Part shown: one piece after another, positions 1-9,645 of the stretch
How the letters are laid out: each line of letters starts with the position of its first letter
How positions within the stretch are numbered: position 1 is the first letter of the stretch
NCBI GenBank assembly: GCA_965214775.1
Contig: OZ243974.1
Location: 2,240,001-2,304,000 of the forward strand
Length of the DNA stretch: 64,000 nt
Direction: 5' to 3'
Source of the DNA: Nitrosopumilus sp.
Lineage (GTDB): Archaea; Thermoproteota; Nitrososphaeria; Nitrososphaerales; Nitrosopumilaceae
Translations under genes and position numbers: made by a program
The notes under the pieces: model-generated
Told to the model about the DNA's origin: nothing
Database searches by the model: none
What the model saw: the letters and a program-made list of their open reading frames with translations, nothing else

Positions 1-151
1 ATCTATGATTCCTAACGATGCAAAAACCACTATGGGTGATGTGACTATGGAAATTATGAGAAAATCAACCAACCACGCCAAAAACCTCTCTGTCCATTTA
101 GCAAGTGTGATTTTTGATGGCAGATCGGGTTCTGTCATAATGATGTTGTAA
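1..151 (+). CDS. 3' end of a gene truncated by the window edge (…SMIPNDAKTTMGDVTMEIMRKS…GRSGSVIMML*), product unknown
   Basis: Open frame from position 2 to TAA at 149-151. Confidence 0.5.
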   Translation, partial: SMIPNDAKTTMGDVTMEIMRKSTNHAKNLSVHLASVIFDGRSGSVIMML

Positions 152-235
152 ACTTCAAATAATTAAAACATGCTAATCAACAGTCAACCCCTCTTCGATC
201 AAAGAAATTTTATCACTAATCAGACAACGCTCCAT

Positions 236-367
236 ATGAAGGCAAAGTTTGCAACAGTATGTATTTCATGTGGAGAACAAATTCGGCCCGGAAAGGAAAT
301 CTCAAAAAACCAGGACGAAAAATGGGTTCACAAACACTGTGCAGAGGATTCTGAGGGCCTACCTTAG
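236..367 (+). CDS. Small Zn-binding protein (CxxC…HxxC), 43 aa
   Basis: MKAKFATVCISCGEQI…WVHKHC; ATG at 236 follows an AT-rich promoter-like stretch. Confidence 0.7.
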   Translation: MKAKFATVCISCGEQIRPGKEISKNQDEKWVHKHCAEDSEGLP

Positions 368-397
368 GGATTAATAGTCTCTGCATCTTAGATTATT

Positions 398-1243
398 TTG
401 AAAATATTTTTGATCTCGATTAACCCACTTGATGTTTTACTATGGACCCTTCGTCGGAATGAAAAAGACGTAATCAATCTTTACAGTACCATGTCTCCTA
501 TGATGCAAATTGCAACCGGTGGAGGTGGGATGTTAAATTTTGGCTATTGGGATGATGATCATAAAACCCCGATATCGGCACAAGAAAACCTTTGTGATTA
601 TTTTGGAATTCTTTCTGAATTGGAAACTGCAAAATACGTGGCAGATGTCGGAAGTGGTCTGTCTGCCCCCGCAAAATATTGGAAAAAACAGTATGACAAC
701 TTGTCGCTGTACTGTGTTAACACAAATTACTCCCAACTTCGTTCTGGAAAATCATCAGACCACGATTCTTTGAATTCGTCATCTACGCTGATGCCGTTTT
801 CAGACAAGTCAGTCGATAGGGTTTTGGCTTTGGAGTCATCGCAACATTTCAAACCTTATTCCGATTTTCTTTCAGAATCTAAAAGAATTCTTTCTGATGA
901 CGGTTTGCTGGCGCTGTCTGTACCGGTAACTGTCAACTCCCATTCTGCAAACAATCTTGGAATCTTAAAATTCACCTGGGCCTCGGAGCATTATTCCATA
1001 AAACAAATTCGTGATTTTTTAACTGATGCCGGTTTTTTAATTTCAGAAGAAAGATTTATCGGTCCCTCCGTATATGATCCGCTGGCAGATTATTATGTTG
1101 CAAACAGGGAAAACCTCCGAAAGTTGCTTTTAAAAGAATACTCCCCGTTAATTGAAAAAATACTGTTCAAATCAATTCAAAAGATGAAACAGGCATCTGA
1201 ATCTAGAGTCATCGATTATGTCTTGTTAAAGTGCCATCTGTGA
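398..1243 (+). CDS. Class I SAM-dependent methyltransferase (sterol/tocopherol/CFA methyltransferase-like)
   Basis: LNFGYW, DVGSGLS motif I, MPFSDKSVD..LALESSQH. Confidence 0.85.
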   Translation: MKIFLISINPLDVLLWTLRRNEKDVINLYSTMSPMMQIATGGGGMLNFGYWDDDHKTPISAQENLCDYFGILSELETAKYVADVGSGLSAPAKYWKKQYDNLSLYCVNTNYSQLRSGKSSDHDSLNSSSTLMPFSDKSVDRVLALESSQHFKPYSDFLSESKRILSDDGLLALSVPVTVNSHSANNLGILKFTWASEHYSIKQIRDFLTDAGFLISEERFIGPSVYDPLADYYVANRENLRKLLLKEYSPLIEKILFKSIQKMKQASESRVIDYVLLKCHL

Positions 1244-1293
1244 CACACGTGATTCTAGGCTAGGTTTTTATTTTTGATGTATTGATTTGATAT

Positions 1294-1677
1294 ATGTCAA
1301 GTTCGGATGCTGAAATGAAACTGTATGGTGATAAATGCACTCAGTTACAAAAAGAACCTGAAATACGATTTGCCGGCATTGTTGGCAAGGAAGGACAGCT
1401 CATGGCAGGCGGCTTTAAGGAAGGACTGACTCCGCATGAGGGTGACGAAACTAGGCTGCAGGCTTTCTTGGAATTTGTCTCCAAGGCCTCAATCCGAAAA
1501 GAGTACGACGAAAGTCTTGGACCGATAAACTATCTTGCTGCCAGACGCGACAAAGCCGTATTGGTCAGCTTTCCATTCCCCATTACGCAAATTTTGCTTC
1601 TTATTTCTGCAGAACCCACTGCCAACATTGAAGATCTGGCAAAAAAAGTCGTTGAAATATTTACTAATGTCAACTAA
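1294..1677 (+). CDS. Roadblock/longin-like thaumarchaeal protein (DUF6659-type)
   Basis: IRFAGIV..G.L.AGGFKEG…LGPINY; paralogue of 15553-15945. Confidence 0.75.
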   Translation: MSSSDAEMKLYGDKCTQLQKEPEIRFAGIVGKEGQLMAGGFKEGLTPHEGDETRLQAFLEFVSKASIRKEYDESLGPINYLAARRDKAVLVSFPFPITQILLLISAEPTANIEDLAKKVVEIFTNVN

Positions 1678-1734
1678 ACCTGTCTGAACAGCATGGCGAA
1701 TTCTTTAATTATACTCAAAGTTAGTTTTTAACTT

Positions 1735-2865
1735 GTGATATGCCATCTTGCTGTTTTAACTCTGTTCTTGATTCCTGTGCTGATTCCAAATTCTTTTGGC
1801 CTGGTTTATGATTTTGATACCAATCAATCACTATTTCACAAAGATGACAGTCTGATCGTAAGCGGAAGCGTTTTGTATGATGCCGAAATTCCATTTGTAA
1901 CCGTACAGATTTTCGTTCCAGGAAAATCCAACTTTGCTGATTTTAATACCGTGATGGTAAATCCTGATGGAAGTTTTTCTGTGGCATTTCATGTAGGTGG
2001 CCCAACTTGGACCGGTGATGGGACTTACCCGATCAAGGTAACTTATGATGGAAGTTTGGAAAAAACCATTCAATACAGGGAATCAGCCAAGCCAGACCCA
2101 GACCCAGAACCTGAACCTGAACCAGAACCAGAACCTGAACCGACTTTCAATGCCCCCGAGCCCCGCGCGCTAAACGATGGGGATCGCGCATCCTCATCAG
2201 CCGACCCAGAACCGGAACCTGCTCCTCGTGCATCCGAACCGTCTCTGGAATCTGCGCTGCCCAAACCGCAACAGACTGAATTTAAAACTTTGAAATTTAT
2301 TGTTCCAAACTTTCCAGCACTAGACAAATCCCCCCGGCACTATATTGACAGGTACAACAATGAGCCCTTGTACAAGTCATGGTTTGACTCGCAATTTCCA
2401 ACTTATTCCATTGCCGATGTTGCAGGGTACTCTCAAACCCATGTTCCAAACTTTCCAGCACTAGACAAATCCCCCCGGCACTATATTGACAGGTACAACA
2501 ATGAGCCCTTGTACAAGTCATGGTTTGACTCGCAATTTCCAAACCAGTCTATTTACAACGTTCTTGGCTATGCTGACCCGGTATCTGTGCCTGATTGGAT
2601 AAGAGACAATGCAGAGGGTTGGGCAGTTGGAAAAGTTGACGATTCTGCATTTGTAACCGGAATAGAATTTATGATTGAAAACAACATCATCATGATTTCA
2701 AACGTGCATTCTTCTCCTGCTGCTACTGTAAACGTTTCAGATGATCAGGTTCCTAGCTGGATAAGAAATCTGGCTCATTGGTGGTCTCAGGATCTGATTT
2801 CTGAAGACGAATTTGTGGAATCCTTGAAATTTCTAATTCGTGAGGGAATCATAATTATAAAATAA
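1735..2865 (+). CDS. Secreted/surface protein with PE-rich linker, duplicated module and C-terminal thaumarchaeal PxWIRNNAxWW domains
   Basis: Hydrophobic N-terminus, (PE)n tract, VPDWIRDNAEGW / VPSWIRNLAHWW. Confidence 0.8.
   Translation: MICHLAVLTLFLIPVLIPNSFGLVYDFDTNQSLFHKDDSLIVSGSVLYDAEIPFVTVQIFVPGKSNFADFNTVMVNPDGSFSVAFHVGGPTWTGDGTYPIKVTYDGSLEKTIQYRESAKPDPDPEPEPEPEPEPEPTFNAPEPRALNDGDRASSSADPEPEPAPRASEPSLESALPKPQQTEFKTLKFIVPNFPALDKSPRHYIDRYNNEPLYKSWFDSQFPTYSIADVAGYSQTHVPNFPALDKSPRHYIDRYNNEPLYKSWFDSQFPNQSIYNVLGYADPVSVPDWIRDNAEGWAVGKVDDSAFVTGIEFMIENNIIMISNVHSSPAATVNVSDDQVPSWIRNLAHWWSQDLISEDEFVESLKFLIREGIIIIK
2301..2542 (+). repeat. Two identical 101-bp direct repeats (2301-2401, 2442-2542) inside the CDS
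   Basis: tgttccaaactttccagcac…gcaatttccaa occurs twice, period 141 bp. Confidence 0.95.
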
Positions 2866-2907
2866 CTAGAATGATTTTTAATTTGGCCTGTTTCATGTTT
2901 AATTGAC

Positions 2908-3366
2908 TTGAAGGCTACGCTTGGTGCAGGATGCTTTTGGCATGTTGAGGATTTATTCAGCAAAACAAAAGGAGTAAAATCTACAAGGGTGGGATATACG
3001 GGAGGCCGGTTGCCAAACCCTACATACGAGCAAGTCTGCACTGACAGAACCGGCCATGCCGAGGCAGTTGAAGTGGAATTTGATCCTGAGGAAATCTCTT
3101 TTGAAGAACTGCTGGACATATTTTGGAACAATCACAATCCTACGACCCTGAATCGCCAAGGGCCTGATGTTGGGGTTCAGTACCGCTCTGCAATTTTTTA
3201 CCACGATGAAAAACAAAAAGAGATTGCAGAAAAATCCAAACTGTCCCTGTCTGAATCAGGAAGATATGGCAATACTCCCATCGTGACAGAGATTGTTCCG
3301 GCACCGGCATTTTATGACGCTGAGGATTACCATCAAAAATATTTTAAAAAACACGGATTGTCATAG
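2908..3366 (+). CDS. msrA: Peptide-methionine (S)-sulfoxide reductase
   Basis: [26 protein letters not shown]. Confidence 0.97.
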   Translation: MKATLGAGCFWHVEDLFSKTKGVKSTRVGYTGGRLPNPTYEQVCTDRTGHAEAVEVEFDPEEISFEELLDIFWNNHNPTTLNRQGPDVGVQYRSAIFYHDEKQKEIAEKSKLSLSESGRYGNTPIVTEIVPAPAFYDAEDYHQKYFKKHGLS

Positions 3367-3384
3367 TCATCATCCTCATCATCA

Positions 3385-3816
3385 TCATTTTACGACAACC
3401 ACCGGAATTTTTGCAGCGTGTATTACATAATTTGAAACGCTTCCAAAGAACATTTCTTTTGCCGCACTCCTTCCTCTGGATCCGATAACTATCATGTCAA
3501 ACTTGTCTTTTCCCTGGGCTAGCTTCACAATGTTGTATCCGACATCTCCGCTCATTTTTCTCTCTTTGAAGACAATTCCGTTTTGTGCTGCCAAAACCTT
3601 GGCATTCTTTAGAATTTTTTCAACTTCCTTGTTGAGCTTCTCGGTAACCTCTCCCACGCCTTTAAATTCCGAGTGTGATTGGGTGTTAATTGAGTATACC
3701 CCTGTGATTGTGGCTCCGCATTGTCTGGCCAAGGTTATTGCCATCTCCAACCCCCTTTGAGCGTTTTTTGAGCCGTCCAGCGGAACAAGAATCTTTGAGA
3801 GTTTCTTCTTAATCAT
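3385..3816 (-). CDS. Universal stress protein
   Basis: ILVPLDGS…DMIVIGSRG…FFGSVSNYV. Confidence 0.95.
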   Translation of the reverse strand: MIKKKLSKILVPLDGSKNAQRGLEMAITLARQCGATITGVYSINTQSHSEFKGVGEVTEKLNKEVEKILKNAKVLAAQNGIVFKERKMSGDVGYNIVKLAQGKDKFDMIVIGSRGRSAAKEMFFGSVSNYVIHAAKIPVVVVK

Positions 3817-3872
3817 GCTAGACCCACTGCTTTGATACTAAAAAGTGTAATTGCCTGGCGGTTTGATCTGTA

Positions 3873-4980
3873 TAGCAACGGTCATAAGTAATTGAGGGCT
3901 TTGACCGGCGATCTGTAATTGTACTTGTACATGCAAAGGTGGGCAAACGACACCGTCCTGTAGTACTCGGATATGGCATGCCGCAGCTCGCTGATTTTCC
4001 TGTACACTATCCCCCTGAAAACAAAATGCTTGCCCAGGTTCCAGCATTCTTCCACGATATTGAGGTACGGCGATCCTTTCGGGATCATTATCAGTTTGAC
4101 ATAGGGATGGTCGACCAGATATTTTGCGACATCAGTAGATCTGTGCACACTCCACCTGTCGCAAAAGACGGCAACCTTACCAAACTTGGCGCGCAGCGCC
4201 TCCAGACATTCTATGAACTGCACCGACGTAAACGATCCCGTAAACGTCCTGAACAGCCTTCTGCCGTCTTCTGCGATGCTTCCAAACACGGCCACCTTTG
4301 TGTGGTCTCCAGAGTACGATGCCACGCTTCTGGTGCCGACCGGACTCCACACGTATCTGTCATATGCGCCCTGCACGAAGAACGCCTCATCAGATGACAC
4401 CAGCGTAAAACCGTCGTTTTTCAGGCACGGAATACGCACGTTTTCAAGATACCACTGCCACGAGTATACCGAGCTTGGGGTGGCATGGCTGGCATGTATG
4501 TTTTGCACCTTGCGGCGCGACAGGCCATGCTGGCGCATCATTCTCCGGACATGTTCTATGCTGTATTCTGTCCCGGTGGCATCCCTTATGTCATCGCGCA
4601 CCGTCATGACATCGGTACTTTTGCATGCAGTGGACAGGTCCATTATGGCTGCAATACTTTTCCTGTCCACCTTTGGCCTGCATCCGGAACGGGGAAGATC
4701 CCGGAGAGCCTTCATGCTGCCCTCCTCAAAGCGCGTCGTCCATTTGCATACCCAGCCGACTGACTGCATGAGGCGTTCTGCCGTATTTGCATAGCCGTCA
4801 CCGTGTATGAATACCATGTTTACTGCGGCTATTCTGACCTTTACCTGCGGATCCTTTTCATTCTTGTATGCCTCCTTCAGGTCTGCCACGCATATTTCCG
4901 CCATGTGTCTTGTCATACATGGCGATCAAAATACGTTTCGGTTCGGCGGGTTTATTTTCACGAACTTTTGTTTCACACTA
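3873..4980 (-). mobile_element. IS630-family element A, ends TAG…CTA, TA target duplication
   Basis: tgTA[tagcaacg…cacacta]TAgatc; the same 5' end is seen on the remnant ending at 60302. Confidence 0.8.
3882..4916 (-). CDS. IS630-family transposase
   Basis: N-terminal HTH (LRDLPRSG); DDE residues in SDEAFF, CDRWSVH, SPYLNIVE. Confidence 0.92.
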   Translation of the reverse strand: MTRHMAEICVADLKEAYKNEKDPQVKVRIAAVNMVFIHGDGYANTAERLMQSVGWVCKWTTRFEEGSMKALRDLPRSGCRPKVDRKSIAAIMDLSTACKSTDVMTVRDDIRDATGTEYSIEHVRRMMRQHGLSRRKVQNIHASHATPSSVYSWQWYLENVRIPCLKNDGFTLVSSDEAFFVQGAYDRYVWSPVGTRSVASYSGDHTKVAVFGSIAEDGRRLFRTFTGSFTSVQFIECLEALRAKFGKVAVFCDRWSVHRSTDVAKYLVDHPYVKLIMIPKGSPYLNIVEECWNLGKHFVFRGIVYRKISELRHAISEYYRTVSFAHLCMYKYNYRSPVKALNYL

Positions 4981-5023
4981 TAGATCAGTTTGAGATACAG
5001 AAGATAGCCGAGGGCAGGTACTT

Positions 5024-6527
5024 CAGTAGTTCCCAGATGTACTTTTGAAGGCACGATAATTACGTAATTTGCCGAGATTTTTTGACCATTACGATCTTAG
5101 ATCAGAAGGTGTGTCAAACATCATCATGATGATACCAACACAAAACGATGTGTTTGCACACCAGTATGACATAGCATCACGACAGTTTAAAACATTGCGA
5201 CGGCGGTTCCACAAGCTCGAAATGGCAGTCTCAAAGAGTCACAACGCGGTGTACGGCCATGCCGACGTACTGCGCGTGCTAAGCCTCATGTCTGATAGGA
5301 AGATGTTTTTCAGGTCTGCCGTGACGCATCTTCGCAGGAAGGCCTCAAAATACCGCAGGCAGCAGCAGCATGACGGCGGGACTACTACTACTACTACTGC
5401 TGCTACCTTCTCCAAGAAGGGCGGCGCATACAGCTCCCGTACGCCCCACCCGGAGTGGATCTTAAAGACCATCCGGAGCGTCAGCCCGGATCGGATGCAA
5501 AGGTGGTGCAACTCCATGCTACAGCACACGGTAAGAAACGGCCGCAGGTCCGGCATGTTACACAACACGGACGTAGTGGCAGTGGATGTCACCGACGTCG
5601 AATACTATGGCAAGGGCCTAAAGGACGTCGCCAGAAAGTCAAAGCCCAAGAACGGCACGTCTACTTTTCTCTCGCACATTACCGTGCACGGAGTAGGATC
5701 AGATGACGGCTCAGACCTCGTGCTTTCCTCGCTGCAGCTTCCAAAAGATGCAAAACTGGCCGATTTCGTGCCTAAAATGATCCGCAAAGCGTCCAGATCA
5801 GGGACGAAGATCAGGATGTTCCTGTATGACCGGGGATTCTTTAATGTCAACTGCATGGTGGCTGCAGGCAAAAGCCAGGGCTTCTACGTCATGCCTGCCG
5901 CCAAGAACAAGAGGATAAAGGCGGCAATAGAGGAGCACCACCATAAAAAGCGCGACGCGATATCTGACTATACCATGACTAACAAGGAGGGCAAAAACGT
6001 CACGTTCAGGCTGGTCATTGTAAAAAAGGAGGAGGAAGACGAAAATGAAAATGAAAATGAAAACAATGACACAGCAAAAGAGGAATGCACAGAAAAAAAG
6101 AAGGAAAAGAAAAAAGAAACGGCAGACGAATACCTGGTCTTTGCCACCAACATGCCTGCCAAAAGCGTAGAGGACGTCATAGCTCAGATACCAGAAGAGT
6201 ACCGCATGCGGTGGGGAATCGAGACCGGGTTCAGGGTGATCAAGGGAGTAATGGGCAAGACATGCAGTAATTCGCCGGTCGTCAGGATGTTGTTATTCTA
6301 CATGCCCCTCATACTGTACAATCTCTGGAGGACTGCCATATTCATTGATGTGGAATCCAAGTGGGACGGATTTGCGGGAGGCAAGGATTTTACCATGATG
6401 TTGTTTGCCGCGTGCATTACAGATGCAGCTGACTCGTTTGTAAACGATCGCGGAAAGTAGTAGTAGTAGCGGCGGCAGTGGTGCCGTGTCAGGAGGCAGT
6501 CTGCAAAAGTACACCTAGGAACTACTG
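5024..6527 (+). mobile_element. ISH3-family element A, ~24-bp TIR, 4-bp TSD ACTT
   Basis: cagtagttcccagatgtacttttg / caaaagtacacctaggaactactg; actt on both sides. Confidence 0.9.
5069..6460 (+). CDS. ISH3-family (IS4-like) transposase; true start probably ~5126
   Basis: VAVDVT, LYDRGFF, YRMRWGIETGFR (YREK-type). Confidence 0.9.
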   Translation: MPRFFDHYDLRSEGVSNIIMMIPTQNDVFAHQYDIASRQFKTLRRRFHKLEMAVSKSHNAVYGHADVLRVLSLMSDRKMFFRSAVTHLRRKASKYRRQQQHDGGTTTTTTAATFSKKGGAYSSRTPHPEWILKTIRSVSPDRMQRWCNSMLQHTVRNGRRSGMLHNTDVVAVDVTDVEYYGKGLKDVARKSKPKNGTSTFLSHITVHGVGSDDGSDLVLSSLQLPKDAKLADFVPKMIRKASRSGTKIRMFLYDRGFFNVNCMVAAGKSQGFYVMPAAKNKRIKAAIEEHHHKKRDAISDYTMTNKEGKNVTFRLVIVKKEEEDENENENENNDTAKEECTEKKKEKKKETADEYLVFATNMPAKSVEDVIAQIPEEYRMRWGIETGFRVIKGVMGKTCSNSPVVRMLLFYMPLILYNLWRTAIFIDVESKWDGFAGGKDFTMMLFAACITDAADSFVNDRGK

Positions 6528-6682
6528 ACTTGATTAAACTGAGCAAGAGCGGGTTTGCCTGTTGAACGCATTACTCGGCAGTTAACAGAACCCCCATTGC
6601 CATAATTTCCAGATACCGACGCTTTCTAGGAGAAATCAGATCCCTCTAGCTTACCAGTTCCGCTTGATCGCTATTTTTTTAT

Positions 6683-9178
6683 TTGCCTGCGAACGCACAA
6701 AATGCATTGATATTTGACAGAGGTCATATGTTCATCGTTCTTGCAGTGATGCCTGCCATGCTGCCGCTGGCGGCGGCATATGAGCAGACGGCAAACGAGG
6801 ACTTTCCGGAGCCTGATGTCCCAGTGGACATAATTCCGGTGCTGTCTCCGGGACCCGTGGGAATAGTAGACGAGTTGCGCAAGGCGCACAGCACAGTAAC
6901 TGACATCATGATACACACGCAGCAGGCCATTGCCAATGAAGGCTATGCCGATGAGGAGATCTACTTTGAGGCAGTCTGGGTCGATGAAAAGACCGACGAG
7001 CTTGTGATTATCCTAGATCCGGCACAGGCGTTCTTTGATCCCATTGATGCTCAAGACATGCAGGAGGAGCTTGGCACAACAGCCCCGATCCGCATAGCGT
7101 ACGGCATATTCACGCCGGAGGCCTCCCTGTCCGAGGCAACCTCGTGTCCTGCCGACGAGGGATCCTCGATATGCTATTACTGGGATCGGTACATCACAAG
7201 ATGCCTGCCGGAAACAACCACCAGCAGGTGCAATACATACGCCGCAATCATCACTGGCGCAGGCTATCCATTGCCGACAATAACAGGTAGCACCGCCCCG
7301 GTCGACACCGACGGTGATGGAATAAACGACGACGTCGATCAGTGTGATGACCAGCCTGAAACCGTGAACGGATACCAGGATCAGGATGGCTGTCCAGATA
7401 CTCCGCCGACCACAGGATCAGACACGGTATTCTCCGATGACTTTGAGGACGGGTTCTCAAAGTGGACGCGGACAGGACAGTTGGAGTGGGAGATAGGTGC
7501 GCTGGATGAGCGCGTCTACATCGACGGCGATGCGACAAATAACGTCGCAAAGGCAGACGATTGTGACGACGAGGCCTGCATAATCACCTCGCAGTCATTT
7601 GATCTGACTGGCTACTCTGATGCCACGCTGGAGTTTCACCGGTTTGTTGACAGATCGCTGGATTCAGGAGAATATCTGGAGGTCCGGATTGGAAGCGGCG
7701 GAACATACTCACGGATATTTTACTGGACTGACGGTGACGGCAATGACGACCTGTGGCACCGGGAGACCTACAATCTAGACAGCTACCTGACATCAAGCGA
7801 CGTCACCATACGGTTCCTGACAGAGGAGTCGTCCGCGGCCGAGGATGTCGGCATTGACAATGTCCTGGTTACAGGCACCGCAGACGATGCGGCATGCGTG
7901 CTTGATGTCACGGCCACGCTGAGGGACGACGGCGACATACAGATATCCTGGAACGACTGTGGTGATGATATAAGGCGCTACAAGGTATACTATGCTGGGG
8001 ACGACGGCATCAGGCGTCTCATCACCAGCGTCTACGGCAGCACGGGTCACCTCTGGTCGGGGGCAAGTGACGGCAGCACCTACACGTTTTCGGTAAAGGC
8101 GCAGTACGACGATTACACGTACACGGATTACTTTGAAAGCGGTGCGGTAGAGGTGCCGGAATCTGACACGATTCCGCCGAGGATCGCTGTTCCAGAATCA
8201 CTGGAGCTTGCGGCCCAGTCGTCCAACGGCACCGTAGTCACGTTTAATGCCACAGGTCATGATCTTGCGGATGGCCAGGTGCAGGTTGCATGCGTGCCTC
8301 CCTCAGGTAGCCTGTTTGCGGCAGGAACCAACACCACGGTCACATGTACTGCGGCGGATGCCGCAGGAAATACCGCGACTGCAAGCTTTAACGTGGCCAT
8401 AGCCGGAGCACAGTCTGATTCGGACAGTGACGGCGAAGTCCCGCCGACTGCCGTTCGGCACGAACTGCGCGGCGGAATGCCTATCAGAATGTTCAGCAAC
8501 AACCCCTTCTGGGATCCTGCTTTCGGCGGAGCTGCTACTGCCGGCCTGGTAATGGAATACGACAACAAAACAGCCCTTTTGATATCATCCCATGCAATAA
8601 ATGGATTGCATGCCTACAGAACGACAAGCCTTGACATTAATCCTGCTTCTGTGATATTGCCAGAGATAGGCAGTACTGTTTTGGCCGATTCCAACGTCGG
8701 ACTGGATTCCGTAACAAAATCCGATGCTGCACTCATAGAGGTGACTGGTCAAGACATCGAGTCAAGGATGAATGAAATCCAAAGCGGTGATCAAGTCATT
8801 CGGATAATTGGGTTTGGCGGCGTTAACAGCCTGCCGGATAATGCCACGATTGAGGTATCGGCAAGACACAACCAGGGCACTGGCCACATATGGTACACGA
8901 ATGTGACTGCCTCGATTACAATACTGGACGGAGTATACACTGTAACAGAACACGCAGCCGGAAACTATACGTCCCAGAGGGGCGATAGCGGGGGGCCGAT
9001 ATACAAGAATCATGGAAATGGCACTGCAACCATGCTGGGCATTGTGACAGCAGGTTCGTGTATAATCGATACAGACGGCCGGCGCCTAGTTGAGCTAGAT
9101 GACTATGGCAACTGTATTGAAGTGTTCAAAATATTCAGTACTTGGGAAAACATCGCCGACGAGCTAAACATGCGTTGA
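6683..9178 (+). CDS. Secreted multidomain S1 (trypsin-like) serine protease: pro-region, TSP3-like Ca-binding repeat, beta-sandwich, FN3-like and HYR-like domains, C-terminal protease
   Basis: Signal-like N-terminus; DTDGDGINDDVDQC…DQDGCPD; DTIPPRI…CTAADAAGN; triad ISSHA / KSDAALI / RGDSGGP. Confidence 0.85.
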   Translation: MPANAQNALIFDRGHMFIVLAVMPAMLPLAAAYEQTANEDFPEPDVPVDIIPVLSPGPVGIVDELRKAHSTVTDIMIHTQQAIANEGYADEEIYFEAVWVDEKTDELVIILDPAQAFFDPIDAQDMQEELGTTAPIRIAYGIFTPEASLSEATSCPADEGSSICYYWDRYITRCLPETTTSRCNTYAAIITGAGYPLPTITGSTAPVDTDGDGINDDVDQCDDQPETVNGYQDQDGCPDTPPTTGSDTVFSDDFEDGFSKWTRTGQLEWEIGALDERVYIDGDATNNVAKADDCDDEACIITSQSFDLTGYSDATLEFHRFVDRSLDSGEYLEVRIGSGGTYSRIFYWTDGDGNDDLWHRETYNLDSYLTSSDVTIRFLTEESSAAEDVGIDNVLVTGTADDAACVLDVTATLRDDGDIQISWNDCGDDIRRYKVYYAGDDGIRRLITSVYGSTGHLWSGASDGSTYTFSVKAQYDDYTYTDYFESGAVEVPESDTIPPRIAVPESLELAAQSSNGTVVTFNATGHDLADGQVQVACVPPSGSLFAAGTNTTVTCTAADAAGNTATASFNVAIAGAQSDSDSDGEVPPTAVRHELRGGMPIRMFSNNPFWDPAFGGAATAGLVMEYDNKTALLISSHAINGLHAYRTTSLDINPASVILPEIGSTVLADSNVGLDSVTKSDAALIEVTGQDIESRMNEIQSGDQVIRIIGFGGVNSLPDNATIEVSARHNQGTGHIWYTNVTASITILDGVYTVTEHAAGNYTSQRGDSGGPIYKNHGNGTATMLGIVTAGSCIIDTDGRRLVELDDYGNCIEVFKIFSTWENIADELNMR

Positions 9179-9429
9179 AGTTTTCTTCAACGTTTTTTGT
9201 GATTGCAAGCCTGGCATTTTCGCTTGCTTTTTTTATTACTGTCATAATAAATGCGCAGCACACACCGGAAGTCTGCTTTTACCCAGCATGGAGTACGCAT
9301 GCCGATTTTAGTAACTGCTGGAAAAATGTCCCGTTTAAGGTTATGGTGCTTTTAGTCCTTCCCGGGTATGGCATTTTTGCCCTAGTTGTCTGGATCAGAC
9401 ACAGGACTAAAAAATCAAAAAAAATGTAA
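9175..9429 (+). CDS. Small two-TM membrane protein coupled to the protease gene
   Basis: TTG start overlaps the protease TGA; two hydrophobic segments around a Cys-containing loop; basic tail. Confidence 0.65.
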   Translation: MKFSSTFFVIASLAFSLAFFITVIINAQHTPEVCFYPAWSTHADFSNCWKNVPFKVMVLLVLPGYGIFALVVWIRHRTKKSKKM

Positions 9430-9645
9430 CTGCGGGACGGTTCAAACAAATGGATGAAGAATGGTGTTGAGGGAGATCCTCGTATAGATGAATGTCCGAC
9501 CTTCATTTTGGAATTGTCAGGAAAGACCACCCCCAGCCAAGGCCATGCCTCACAACGCCGTTGCGCGTGGAATCCTTATAAACCCGACACATAGATAACA
9601 GCTCGGGCTCTGGAAGTTCAGTGTAGTATATGAAAAGTCGGTTCG

